Assembly (NCBI RefSeq): GCF_008831285.2
Contig: NC_045138.2
Span: forward strand, 3,472,001-3,536,000
Length of the DNA: 64,000 nt
Source: Nymphaea colorata
Taxonomy: Eukaryota
Direction: 5' to 3'
A program made the translations under genes and the position numbers. Below, one piece after another: positions 24,584 to 37,356 of this stretch (its first letter is position 1; each line of letters begins with the position of its first letter). Under the pieces are notes generated by a model that was not told where the DNA came from, made no database searches, and worked only from the letters and a program-made list of their open reading frames with translations.

Positions 24584-27500
24584 ATGCCTTCACATTGTCA
24601 GAAGATGGATCATGACAACACCAGTAGTACTAGAGTGAACGTCAAGGGAGGAGGAGGAGGAGGAGGAGGAGGGTTGTCCATGTTTTCCTTTAATCATTCC
24701 GTGGATTGGAAAGGCAGACCTTGCAAGCCCAGCCATGGTGGAATGAGGGCTGCAATCTTCGTTCTTGGTCTTGCTTCTTACTCCTTTCTTGTTACTCGTA
24801 TAGTTGCTTTTCAAATATGATTTGGCCTTGTGGGCATGTCATGCAGAAAAACAAAGGCATGAGTGAAGAAGAGAGGCAGTAGAGCTAATTTTTCCGTCTT
24901 GTCTCCAGTTGGATTTCTTGGTCAGTTTATGATTGTCCAAGCAAAATCGAACTTCCAAGGAAACTGCACTTTCTCAGCTGGCCTTTTCTTTCGGCCTAAT
25001 CCGTATGCTTGTGTTTGACTTATCCGATTTGTGTCAAAAGCAATTTTTCTCTTTGCGTAGATGAGGCTATAATGGTTTCGAGAGTCTAAAACAAAGTCTT
25101 GCTCCATAGAGTTTGTTTACTCTATCTGTTTCCGAAATGCCAGAAAGATTGACCACCTCTGATTTGACACTGAACTAAGAGGGTGGCAGAAGCAGAGCAG
25201 CAATGTTTTTGATTGGTCTTCTCAGTTCTCATGAAGAGTCGTTTTCTCAGCTTCGCCATGCTTCTCTGTTTTTGTCTTTCTTTTGCCTGAGCCTCAACGA
25301 AACTTTTCAACTAGCTGTTTTCTTTTCTAAAACTCCTGCCATCATAGTGACACTGGTAGGACGTTATACAGTCTTCCTCTATTTTCCTTGCCATCATATA
25401 AACTGCTCTTTCACTCCAGAACTTTAGTTTTATTGCCAATTATAATTTTCAATCGACCGCCAAGAAGAAGAAAGATGGTGTTCTGCACACTAGGAATTTT
25501 CTCCCTTTCGCTTCGCCTTCAGTCAAACTTTGTCAATTATTACTGGTATCTTCCAAGTGTGGTTTTCTGAAAGTCTTCTTGAGATTCAATTCGTAAGCCA
25601 AGTTGACTTCCAAATTTTGAATTTTGTTGTCATGCAGCGCTCTCTGCTTTTCCTTGCTTGATGGTTCTCGAATTCCAATTTGATGCTGCATCTTACGTTT
25701 TCTCTTTTCTCCTTTTGATGTGATTATGCAGGATTTCAAGCATTTGAGATCATGGCCATCGCAGCTGTGGGCAACAATCTCATCACATATGTATTCGATG
25801 TGATGCACTTCCCCCTTTCAACATCTGCTAACATAGTGACAAATTTTGTGGGCACCATCTTCCTTCTATCCCTGTTGGGTGGATTCCTTTCTGACTCCTA
25901 CCTCGGAAGTTTTTGGACCATCATCATATTCGGATTTATAGAGCTTTCCGTAAGCGCCTCGTCCTCCATACTCTAGTTTATCCCATCAGGAAAACAATGA
26001 AAAAATTCTCCTTATATTTCATAACAAGCAGGCTTTTGACCTGCAATTTTTTATAAGCTTTTAATTCACTAAAAATAAAAGTTTTTTGATGGGTCATACC
26101 GGTCTGGTGTGACGACTTTAAGATCGATGCTGACAGACTAAATGAATTGATTACAGGGATTTATCTTGCTTTCTGTCCAAGCTCATTTGCCACAACTTAG
26201 GCCAGCAGACTGCAATATGAGGATTGCTGGAAACTCGTGTCAGGAAGCCAAGGGTTTCCAGGCATTGATCTTCTTTGTGGGACTATACCTGGTAGCTCTG
26301 GGAAGTGGGTGTGTCAAGCCAAATATGCTTTCTCATGGGGGAGATCAGTTTCCTGGAGATGACCCTAAACAGTCTAGCAAGCTCTCATCTTACTTCAATG
26401 CTGCATATTTTAGCTTCTGCGTTGGCGAGCTCATTGCACTTACCATCCTTGTGTGGGTTCAGACTCATTCAGGCATGCATATAGGCTTTGGAGTCTCCGG
26501 GGCTGTGATGGCTATGGCCTTGGTTAGCCTAATATGTGGCACTACCTTTTACAGAAACAAACCACCTCAAGGCAGCATATTCACTCCGATTGCGCAGGTA
26601 TGCCTTCAATCTCCATATGATGCGAGAGAGAGAGAGAGAGAGAGAGGAGATGTTTCTAAGTCTTTTCTGCAAAAGAATCCGAAATATATATAGCAGGATA
26701 TACTCTAAAGATTCGAAGCTAACAGCACGTTCCCTTTTCCTTTGTATTAATGGAACTTGCCTTATGATGTCAGGTATTTGTAGCTGCCATTACGAAAAGG
26801 AAGCAAGTCTGTCCATCTAAACCAGAGCTTCTTCATGGAAATAAAAGTGATGTTCTCAATCTCAACTCATGTACAGTTGCAGGGCACCTGATGCATACAG
26901 AAAAGTTCAGGTGAAAACTGATTCTTGGTACCTTCTTCCTTAGTATTTATCTATGATGGATGTAGTGAAAGTTGGGATATAACATGCAAGTACTTTATTG
27001 TGTACTTGGAAGTTGGAACTAACGGTTTGGCATTTGCAAAACTGCAGGTTTCTGGACAAGGCATGCATTATGACAGAAGATGGGATTACGAGGAAGCAGA
27101 GCCCATGGAAACTCTGTACAGTAGCTCAAGTTGAGCAAGTGAAAATAATCATATCTGTAATCCCAATTTTTGCCTGCACTATCATTTTCAACACCATTCT
27201 TGCTCAGCTCCAGACGTTTGCAGTGAAACAAGGGAGTGCCATGAGCACAGAGCTGACGAAGAATTTCAAAGTCCCACCTGCTTCTCTTCAATCAATCCCA
27301 TATATTACTCTCATCTTCGTCGTGCCTCTTTATGAAGCCCTGTTTGTACCTTTTGCTCGTCGAATCACCGGCAAGGAATCTGGTATCTCACCATTGCAAC
27401 GAATAGGCATTGGGCTTTTCCTTGCAACTTTCTCCATGGTGACAGCGGCTCTAGTTGAGAACAACAGAAGGAAAATGGCCGAATTCTCTAACCAGAAAAT

Positions 27501-27930
27501 ATCCATATTCTGGATTGCACCACAGTTTCTCATATTTGGACTCTCTGAGATGTTCACTGCTGTTGGGCTAATTGAGTTCTTCTACAAGCAATCTCTAGCA
27601 GGGATGCAATCCTTCTTGACTGCCATGACATATTGTTCATACTCATTTGGCTTCTTCTTTAGCTCAGTTCTGGTTTCTGTTGTGAATAAGATCACCTCAG
27701 GCCTATCTCACAAAGGGTGGCTGTCAGAGAACGACCTCAACAAGGACAGACTGGACCTTTTCTATTGGCTTCTTGCAGTACTAAGCGTGATCAATTTTTT
27801 CAATTATATATTTTGGTCTAGGTGGTATGTTTACAACCCAACTCTGGAACCCACTCAACTGCATGATCCCTGTGGAGAAGAGACTAAGTTCAAGTCCTCT
27901 AAGAACATTGGAGATGAAACTATAGTTTAG
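24584..27930 (+). CDS. NRT1/PTR family (NPF) transporter, NPF4.3/4.4-like, about 620 aa
   Basis: Exons 24584-24767, 25732-25949, 26157-26597, 26774-26910, 27048-27930 total 1863 nt and stay in frame with GT-AG introns; alternative start ATG 24605. PTR2 motifs: VDWKGRP, GGMRAA, NNLITY, LGGFLSDSYLG, HGGDQF, FLDKA, QRIGIGL, PQFLIFG, EFFY, DLNKDRLDLFYWLL. Confidence 0.95.
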
Positions 27931-29888
27931 CATCTTTAAGTCCGCTGCTTATTCTTTCTACCCCTATTGACTATTGTATGGACAAAATAGTAAAGAAAAT
28001 GTCCATGTTGGATACACAACCACTATGTTGAAAATGACCCCTTTTTGCCTTTTTTAATAATTGACTATGTGAAAAGGCCTGCCGAGGCCACTGTAATTAA
28101 AAGTAAAAGAGAATGTTAGGGTTCATACCAACCTAAGTTTTCATCATTTTTCTTTTCTCTTGCCTTTCTTTTCTTATTCTGATCTTTTCCCCACTGTCTT
28201 GTACATGCCATTGCCTTTTCTATGATCATGGTGAGCAACATATCTTGTTTAATATGAAAAACTGTAGATATGGTGAGGTTGACATTACATGCTCTCATTA
28301 ATTGCCTAAAAGTAAAATTGACTATTGGACACAGTTCACAATTTCCCACTTGTTGCTTAGCATTAGGAGGGAGGAGACTGGAAATGGGCTTATGAATCTC
28401 CAAGAGGAAACCTTCTTTTCTTAATGATCAAATTTGTCGTGTCATGCACTTCAGAAGGTAAAGAACTCACCAAAATCCGTCTTTTTAACAAGTATTTCCT
28501 TCCAAGGAGTTGCACCGTTGGAAGCACAATTCCTCATTCTCAGTCGTTTGTGGAAACAGAGGACTTCAACTGGCTTGCAGATGTTGGCACTGTAGTGAAA
28601 GAATCAGATGGCTTTATATATGATTTTCCAGTATACTGGGTTTTAAAAAACACAGTTTCTGAATGCATTCCAATGTAGTACAAGTAAAAAGTTACAGAGC
28701 ACAGACTTGCTTGGCCTCGTTGTAGTAAAATTACCTTTGAAGGAATGATGTTCATATGCCTATCTTTATACCGTCACAAGGACACATGAAAACAGAGCAG
28801 CAGTATTGAATAAGTCACTTTTTCAGTTCACTTATTCTTGTGCCTTCAAATTCGTTGCTCAATATCTCACCTTATTAATTGGAATCCAAATTTGCATTCA
28901 AGAGAACTAATCACATGCTTATGTGACTTTTACTTTTTAAAAGTGCAAGAGAACGTATTCTTAAAGATGTCGCTGTGGATTCATTCTTATTCAGGTCGAT
29001 GTCACTGAGTTAGGCATGAAAATCTTCCTGATTTCAAGAATTTATTCATAAAAGCGAAATCACGAGGAACTCATCTAAGTTCGTGAACTGTGACTCGGCA
29101 AGGCACTCAGTGTGGGGCCATTGATTAAAGAATTTTAACAAACTCAAAACTTATCTACTAGTTTGAAATCTAAAATCAGGAACCTGAAACAGACGTCTGG
29201 CACATGCCTATTAAATTTTCAGGAAAAAGTGTGTAAGTCTTGACAGAAGAGGCGCTGAATTGGCTTGAAATTCTTGGATTATCCAGATAATTGAAAACTT
29301 TCCTGAACGCCAACAAAGAAGTAAAATGGCCTTTATTGAGATAAAGCTGCGGGATTGCAAAGAGTTGCAGTCGAAGTTTGGTCGACATCACGTCCGAATG
29401 AGTAGGCTGAGAGCCTGAGACTTAAGCAGTAATCTCACGACCTCAGAACAGCATAAAACGAGGCACCTTTTCATGAAACGCTCGGTCCTTTCATTCCTTT
29501 GTTGGTTACAAGTGAAATGAAGTGACGACTCAATGAAAGGCTGTAGCTGATACAAAAGATTACCTAATCTAAATTAGTCATTAGCAGCCTTAGGCCGGCG
29601 TTCTCCTGCATATGAATTTTTCTTGGTCAACCAACTATGAGTTTTTCAGCTTTCGTTTTTATAATCGGTTGAAAACAGGAAGGGGTTCAAAGTGTTTTTA
29701 GCCCAAGAATACAAACTTCTTTATATCTTCAACCTTGTTGAGATTGCTGGGATAATTCACGTCAGGTTAGATTCTGCATCGAAGAAAAAAGAAAAAAAAA
29801 ATCACCAGGTTCATCAATAACTTGGTTCATCTGAACATTTCAACGACAACTAACATAATGAGTGTACTTCATGATCTGCTGGGTTTCA

Positions 29889-30039
29889 AAATGACAAAGT
29901 TTACATGGTACTTAAAGTTCGACCACCATACCTATTATTAGCTAGGCAGGAAGCCATCAAAATCTCGCAAATGACAGTTTACATGGTACCCAGAATACCG
30001 TCAGATGACCTATCATTAGCTAGGCACGAAGCCATAAAA
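29889..30039. repeat. Diverged tandem duplication, about 80-bp period
   Basis: aaatgaca..gtttacatggtac...cctat(t/c)attagctaggca(g/c)gaagccat occurs at 29889-29962 and 29969-30039. Confidence 0.75.
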
Positions 30040-30292
30040 CCCTCTTTCCCTCTCACATTTGTTCCACTATAAAAATCACCCCATTCTTCCTGTTGCCATG
30101 CACAGATTTGGACCCAAAAACTTCATCTATATTTTTATACTTGGAAACAAAACATGACTTGGAAGCAAATCAAGTCACAAGCAACGCAAGTTGCTAAAAC
30201 GTATAATAGCTAGAGGCTACTACCTGTTTGATCCGGAAATCTTCAGGGATCTGGAAATTCCCAAACCTTGTTGATGAACCCGCATTTCTGAT

Positions 30293-30318
30293 CTCTCTCT
30301 CTCTCTCTCTCTCTCTCT
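30293..30318. repeat. (CT)n microsatellite
   Basis: Directly visible. Confidence 0.85.
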
Positions 30319-31238
30319 AGCAAAGTAAAGTCTTACCTACAAATGGAATGGGAAACTGAATTATTATTAATTTTTTTATATGTTTGTTTTTCTATCTAAC
30401 TGAGAGTTGGACTCTCACAATACACCTTTAACACAAACTTAAGACTAATATGAGACAAAAGCCAGTCCACGCTTAACAGTCGAAAGATTGGTTTCTCAGC
30501 TGCCCCGAAGGGTAAATCAGATCTTTCAGATACACCAAGCATGAAGTCCTTCTCAAGAGCAAGCTCTTGGATGTTGTTCTTCAATAAATTATCAATGCTT
30601 GAAAATATAAATAGATAACTACGATCCATAAACTTTTCAAATTTCTCAAATGGCCTGTCATGCCCTGGGACTAGATGATTTAAAAGTGGGTTCCTACTAA
30701 AGAAGCAAAGAAATGGTATAATTTTAAACTGCACCCATGTGGTCAAATTTGTGGAATGTTCTTGTACTCATGGCCTCTGCAAATGTGGTTACTATTCCAG
30801 TTCACCTCTTCAATTAGCATATGAAAGAAGCTTTTCGCCGCTGTATCAAAGAACCCTTTTAGTTTTCTAAGCTAAAAAGAAGTACATCCTAAATGCAGAG
30901 GTGAACTTCTTTCGGCAAAAAAAAAAAAAGAAAAAAAGGTTACAACGTCTAGGACTGCACTATACTACTCTGTCTTCATATCTTGTTCATGTTTGGAACA
31001 CTTGTCTCTCCGAAATGGTACCGTGCTTGAAAGTTCATAGTCATCTCAAGCACCACATGATTATGAGCCACTTTGTGTACGAAGGGATCGTAAGCATTAT
31101 GACGGTTATTGCGTAACGTTTGATTGCACAGATCATTAATTGTGAAATGGCTGAAATATTTACCGGGGTAAATATTTTTTCGTATCAATAAAAGGAGGTC
31201 ATGTGTTCAAACACATGTTAACCAACCATGGATGGATC

Positions 31239-31448
31239 TAGGGGGGAAGAGCAAGGATTTTCTTCAAGAGCGGACTAAATGAGGGCTGAGTTTTGTGGGT
31301 TGGATTTGGGTAGGGCCAAACTCAACTCCCACTCGAAAAATACATGGAAGCAAAAAAAATTTTCTAATTTTTATACGGTATTTTTTTTTTTCATTTGGTT
31401 GGGGGTGGGGCCATGGCCTAGGCGGCTCCCCCCCTCCCTCCGCCCCGG
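31239..31448. mobile_element. hAT MITE of the AGGGGCGGA-terminus family
   Basis: Ends TAGGGGGGAAGAGC...CTCCGCCCCGG; perfect 8-bp TSD GATGGATC (31231-31238 and 31449-31456); internal ccatggcctagg is shared in reverse orientation with the copy at 56753-56947. Confidence 0.8.
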
Positions 31449-32887
31449 GATGGATCTCATTTTTATCGTGCATTAAAGATGGCGAGGCACTTACTTCTTC
31501 TAAGTTTTAAAGTGATTTGACGGCGTCCGTTGACTCTGATTTGGTGACCCAATCTTGAAACTACATGGCAGGCAACATAAGAAAGACACACAGTGCATAA
31601 GTCTGTGCACATAACTAACCAGCTTTGGGATTTGATATGTTCACCTTCTCTCTCTTCATGAGGTTTGGTTTCTGTGTAGAAAGTTTGAGCTGAGGGGCAC
31701 TGATCCATCTTATTATTGCAATGAATTTGGTACATGTAAAACTACAAAACATTCACTCTGGATCTATTGTGGGCACCTCATATGGCTAAACCTATGTCCA
31801 ACACATGATAAAATAAAAATTTTACAAAGGTTTAGTCGCTGGGGTGGGTAGTTGCCCACATGGTAGCTCTGCTGGTGGGCTACATGTCCATGGTGAGCTA
31901 AAGTATGCTCTCTCTCTCTCCTGCTCATGTCGTGGCAGCGTGCTTGTGATGTCCCCAAGAATTTCACTGTTAAGTTGGCCACGGGATCAGATTCCCATTT
32001 AAGAGATGGAAGTGGCGGAAGAATAATAGCATGAAGTTACAAGGACTAGAGATGGTAGTACCATTTATGTTATGGCAGGAAGGTAAGCGAGAGAGTATAT
32101 TTTCTTCCAGTATTTAGATTTGAAAGTTATATCCCTCCATGACTGTGATTCTGCTGATGTGCCAACGTCCCACAACTGTAGAAACCAATGGCTCGGTAAA
32201 AAAGTATGGATAAATTTAACAATCTTAAATATCTATCCTTTGTTATACTATATAATAAGGGAACATATCCTTGATTTTTTTTTAACTCCCAAAATTTTTA
32301 CTATGTATAAGGATCGTAGGGACGAACCAAAAACATCAAAACCATAGCAAAATCGAGAAAAATTAATTCTAAATTTGATTCAATTCATGCAAAATCCAGA
32401 GCAAAAATCAACCTCATAAGATTTCAACAACAAAATGTGTTTGTTACCATCATGCGATCATTAAGTCACACTCGCAACCTCAATCTTAAGACCCAATCAA
32501 GTATAAGTTTGGACTGTGATATTAACTAAATAGTTGATGAGACAAACCCGGACAAGTCGTGTTTGTCACCAAATGTCTCAGGAGGGATTCATGACAAAGT
32601 ACCAAAGATGAAGTTTAGCCACTTTGGGAGTCGATGAACAAATAGTGCGCCGGCTGACATTTGTTGTTCAGTTTATTCGGCTTGCTTTTCCAATCCTACC
32701 TGAATCTGACCCAAAATTGCTTCAAATGAAGTCGGGCATGGTCATAAGAAGTAGTACTTCTTCTTATCAAATCCAAACCACATGTCATAAACCGGACCCG
32801 GCAGTTCCCACCCAGTTATAACCTGGACCTGTGTTAAACTTGAACCAACAATATGTCAAATACATTAATACAAAACTGCACCACAAT

Positions 32888-33264
32888 TAGGGGTGAACAC
32901 GACCCGAGTAGAGCTCGAGTTCAGTCAAGTCGACTCGGCAGTTACGTGTTGAGTTCGAGCTCGACTCAATTAAGACTCGAGAAACTCGTTTGATTAGAAT
33001 TGATATTCATTGTTGCGTGTTAGGCTCAAGCTCAACTCAATTAAGGCTCGACAAACTTGTAATCTCGTTTGAATATATCGACTTGATTAAGGCTCGAGCT
33101 CGACTCGGCAGTTACGTGTTGAGCTTGAATTCAACTCAATTATTTGAATGAGTCTACTCATGAATTCGAGCTCGACTCGTTAAGCAAATGACTCGGCTCG
33201 AACTCGTTTACGAGCGAGCTTTAACAAGTCGAGCTTGAGTAGTTGGACTCGTTATTCACCCCTA
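32888..33264. mobile_element. Non-autonomous hAT element (377 bp) with GAGCTCGACTC subterminal repeats
   Basis: TIR TAGGGGTGAA...TTCACCCCTA; perfect 8-bp TSD ACCACAAT (32880-32887 and 33265-33272); many gagctcgactc/ctcgag motifs. Confidence 0.9.
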
Positions 33265-34018
33265 ACCACAATGTTGATCTACTAAGCTCTAGCAGTTCAA
33301 CTTTTAATATATTACATGCTCTGGCATTCTACAAAATTAAAATTTACCTCAAAGTTGGATGTGTAGGTACCAGGTATGGGCAAAATTTCATGACCTGAAT
33401 ATTATTAAACCTGATCCACAATGAACCCATGGGTAGCAGCCATAAGCACATGACCTTCACACATTTCTAACATTAATAGTATGCATAACCATTCTCCAAA
33501 TTTGCCATCTACTCGGTTCATGATCTATTGGGTTTATCCGTTATGTGGATTGTGCCCGCTTCATTTGATAGCAAAATAATTCCGATTTTATCGATTTTTA
33601 AAGTATATATCTTTTCCATAATTAAAGAATTGTATATATTTACCAATTGTCAGCTGTTATTTTGCTTGTTATATAAGTCAACCTATTTCTTATTCATTTC
33701 TAGTCATAAATTTTTGCCAAACTTATACAAATCTCTAGATAAAAAAGTGTGTTCTTTTCAATATCAAACGGTGCTGATACGAACAACTCAATTATTTAAA
33801 TGCAGTAGCAAGTGAAACAACGAACGAGAAGAACCTGGTGCATATTATCAAATGAGTGACGAGATGAGGTCAAAGATGCCTTTGTTTGTATGATCTGGTC
33901 CTTCCCACCGCCCACTAATTTGTTGCCTGGAGGGTGTGGTCATGTTCCAATATTGGGGTGGGGCTCATGCTGTTGCAGGGCAGGCCTTTATTATTAATTT
34001 GCTTTGGCCTTCACCACG

Positions 34019-34022
<4 letters not shown>

Positions 34023-34066
<44 letters not shown>
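34023..34066. repeat. (TA)n microsatellite
   Basis: Directly visible. Confidence 0.9.
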
Positions 34067-34069
<3 letters not shown>

Positions 34070-34315
34070 GATAAAAGCCAGACCCCTTAAATTTATGTTA
34101 AATTCTAAAAACTAATTTAATATAAATTATACTCAAGTTCAAGTCATTTTCGTAAAAATAATTGATCTTTATATTGTCTATTATTAGAAAAACATTATTG
34201 ATTAAGAAAACAACGAACTTAATATATGTTTCTCATCAAATCGCTGGATCTTAAGACCATATCTATAAAATTAGATGGAAAAAAAGTGCAAATGGTGCAT
34301 TTTATATATTTTGAG

Positions 34316-34474
34316 ATGGCTGAATGGTTTTTATACATTTAAAGACCTCTGAAAAACTGTTGCAAATGCTGCATTTTGCGATGACAGTTGATTGGCCACA
34401 GTTTTTAGCCATGGAATGTACCATTAGCGACAGTTTTTAGCATTATAAAATTATAAGAAAAACCATTCGGCTAT
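34316..34474. mobile_element. Foldback MITE remnant, same family as 22523-22736
   Basis: atggctgaatggttttt...aaaaactgttgcaaatgctgcatt pairs with aatgtaccattagcgacagttttt...aaaaaccattcggctat. Confidence 0.6.
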
Positions 34475-34496
34475 AGAGTTAGTCAGTGATTTCAAG

Positions 34497-34497
<1 letters not shown>

Positions 34498-34549
<52 letters not shown>
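34498..34549. repeat. (TA)n microsatellite
   Basis: Directly visible. Confidence 0.9.
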
Positions 34550-34553
<4 letters not shown>

Positions 34554-37277
34554 TACTGACTTCAACAATTCATCTAGACAACCAAATTACTGACTCTATA
34601 TTTCTCTTGAACAAATATTCATTGTTGAACGCTTAGCAACGGAAGATAAACTCAATTAGATGTTTGGATTAGTAGGGACAACTCTAACTTCTTGATTCAC
34701 CTCCCTTTCCCTTTAATTAGAATTAGATAGTTGCAGTGAAAAGTCAAGTTTGTTTAGTATAATAAAGGTCAGGACACATTTTCACGCTCACACTAACACT
34801 TTATCTCAGACTATAGTTTCTCTTTGTCGTTTCTTTGTTGAATGGTCAACCACCAAACATTCAATAGGAAATTAAGCTGGTTTGTGATCGTCGGTCGATT
34901 AATTGACTGGTACTGCTGAATCAGTTATAGGCCAAAAAACTTTTAGAAATTAGTTTTCTTAAAAGAAATCAACGAGGAAAAAGTTAAAAACATAAGCAAA
35001 AAATAAAATAAAAAAAAATATCTTTTACATAATTAGAAGTTGACGTGCGGTGCTCGTGAGCCGGCCATGAGCTAGATTTGGTTCAAAGCCCGCCGACTTT
35101 GGTACTGCCGGTCGTCGAAAACACGAGGAGATAGATAATATATACATATATATTGAAAGAACTAGAGAGCAGGGGAAGAAAGTGAGAGGAAACTTCATGA
35201 AAGAAAGAAAAAGGCAGAAGAGCAGTAGTAGTTAATAAATATTCCAGGCTGTTTGACGCGTGAAGTGCAGTAGCCGTACGTGGAAAGCGACAACGTCACT
35301 TCCTCGTCAAAGATGACATTCAAGAAAGCCCTCACAGTCCACAGTACTACTGCGCTTTCAATCTTGAACCTGGCCGGCTCTGCCGCATAAATAAATATAT
35401 ATATATATATTTATTGTTGACTGTGTGATCTCTCCATTACAAATCTGCAGTTCTACGCAGAATATACGAAGGAAGTCCGATGCGAATCGGCTTGTTATCG
35501 CACGGTCGACCGCCGCGCGCGAGTGCTTCATGTACATCCGACAAGAAACTTTCCTTTAATTTCTAAATATATTTATAACTTGTAGATGTTTGGAGCAAGG
35601 GGCACATGAATCAAAATCATAATACACACTTCTTCGTATACAGAAAAACACATGACTGGGATGGTAGAGGAGAAACCACCTGAATGGGGCAAAGCCAAAA
35701 ATTTTTCATCAACCGGGACAAATTAAAGTTTTTAAATTTTGAATATGATAGAAATATTATTTTTTAAAATTTTTATATATTAAAAAATTTTGAAGTGGAA
35801 CCGGGACCCACTGGGGTCTTACCTTGACTCGTCCATGGGCCTCCCCTAATACTACAAGAGAGAATACAGAGAAAGGAAGTTAAAATCTTTTTCGCTAATC
35901 GCATGAGTAGAAGCGTTGGACGTGGTGATGGGCAGAGACTGAACCTAAATAATAGATAGATTTTCGACCCTTGATGTACTACATACCTTCATCATGTGGT
36001 ATGTGAAAATTTTGGATTTTTGATAACTCAGTCTTCCTATATATGTATTTAATGCATGAGATTTAGTACATTAAATCTGGGATGTGAAATTTAAGTTTCA
36101 GGTTACATTAAAGCTTAGTCACAAGTAATGCAGTAAAAGCTAATGCTAAAAAAAATGTCAAATATATATTTTCATTTTTTTGGAGTTGTCCTTCTTCTTG
36201 TGATCCTTTTCAAAAAAGCAGGAGTTTTTATCTTTTTTAAGTATATAAAACTGTTTTTTTTATGAGTATAGATTAAAGCTACTATCCAACAGTAAGAACC
36301 TCATTTTATCAGGTTGGTGGTGAGTATGAGTATATATACTCTGTAAGGAGTAAAACTCAATTAATTAGCTTAAAAATTGCACATACGTTTTTTTTTTGTT
36401 TGTCTCTATAATGGGAAATGGTCTTTTCAATCGTAATCGTCATTCGGATGAACACTGCATTCAACCAAATGGCGTCTCTTCTGTTAATTTGCTGGGTGGC
36501 TGACATGCTGATCTAGAAGTAGAATATATGAATCACCAACACAATCTTCAATGTGGCCACAAAGGAATACTCGTAGAACCTTCTTATATATTACAAAATA
36601 CAAGGCATCTCCCCCTAGAGCGTCGAAGGGCGCCAAATGCCAGGGACGTACCGGAAATCGTACCTGTGGAAGGCAATAAAGAAAGCAGACGATGGGAGAC
36701 AACATGAATCTCTCCCAGGGATTCAGAAAACGAGGAAGGAACGCAAGAGTTGGTGGATGGAAAGCACAGCAGATGCGTTAAACAATTATATCTAACAACA
36801 GACGAAGGTTCCAAGCAATGTCTCAAGCCTGAAACTATTAAGAATGCTCAAGAATGTACAGTGGAATGTATTACCTCAACAAACTTAATTAAACTGTTGC
36901 TAGTTAGTGCAGGACAATTGGTTTTTCTTTCTCAGTAGATATAGAAGAGAAGTGAGCACCGCCCGGTCAGGTCCTTTTCAAGCAAAAAGAGTGGGAGGCG
37001 GACAAGAAGATCAAAATCGTATCCTTCATTTTATGCATGGATCCTGATCACCTACCTACACAAGTTGGTGGTCACGCATGGATTGATGTGATCATATATA
37101 CAGAACGCCGGATGGCCGGGTTTTGAACGCGTACCATTCCGTGCTGTCCCAGCGGCGCTGCAACACGGACCCACCAGCCAGCTGCATGAAACGCGTACAT
37201 TTTTCCGTGCTATTCTAAGCCCACTGTCCCACCTGCCAGCCGGCTCACCTCCCCCACTCTCTCTTCCTTCATCTGCA

Positions 37278-37284
37278 TATAAAT
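37278..37284 (+). promoter_or_regulatory. Putative TATA box of the DREB/ERF gene
   Basis: TATAAAT about 75 nt upstream of ATG 37357, preceded by a pyrimidine tract and followed by a GA-repeat 5' UTR. Confidence 0.55.
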
Positions 37285-37356
37285 CAATGTCAGAGTAGGA
37301 CTGCCGGATTGAGAGAGAGAGAGAGAGAGAGAGTGAGCGAGTGTGGTATAGATCAG

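Noticed and set aside
30480..30560. FSAAPKGKSDLSDTPSMK has IDA-like PKG...PS spacing
   Set aside because: The core PIPPS and terminal RHN residues are absent, and there is no start or signal peptide.
36935..36960. agaagagaagtgagcac resembles miR156
   Set aside because: The 5' bases differ, there is a one-base insertion, and no complementary star arm is visible nearby.
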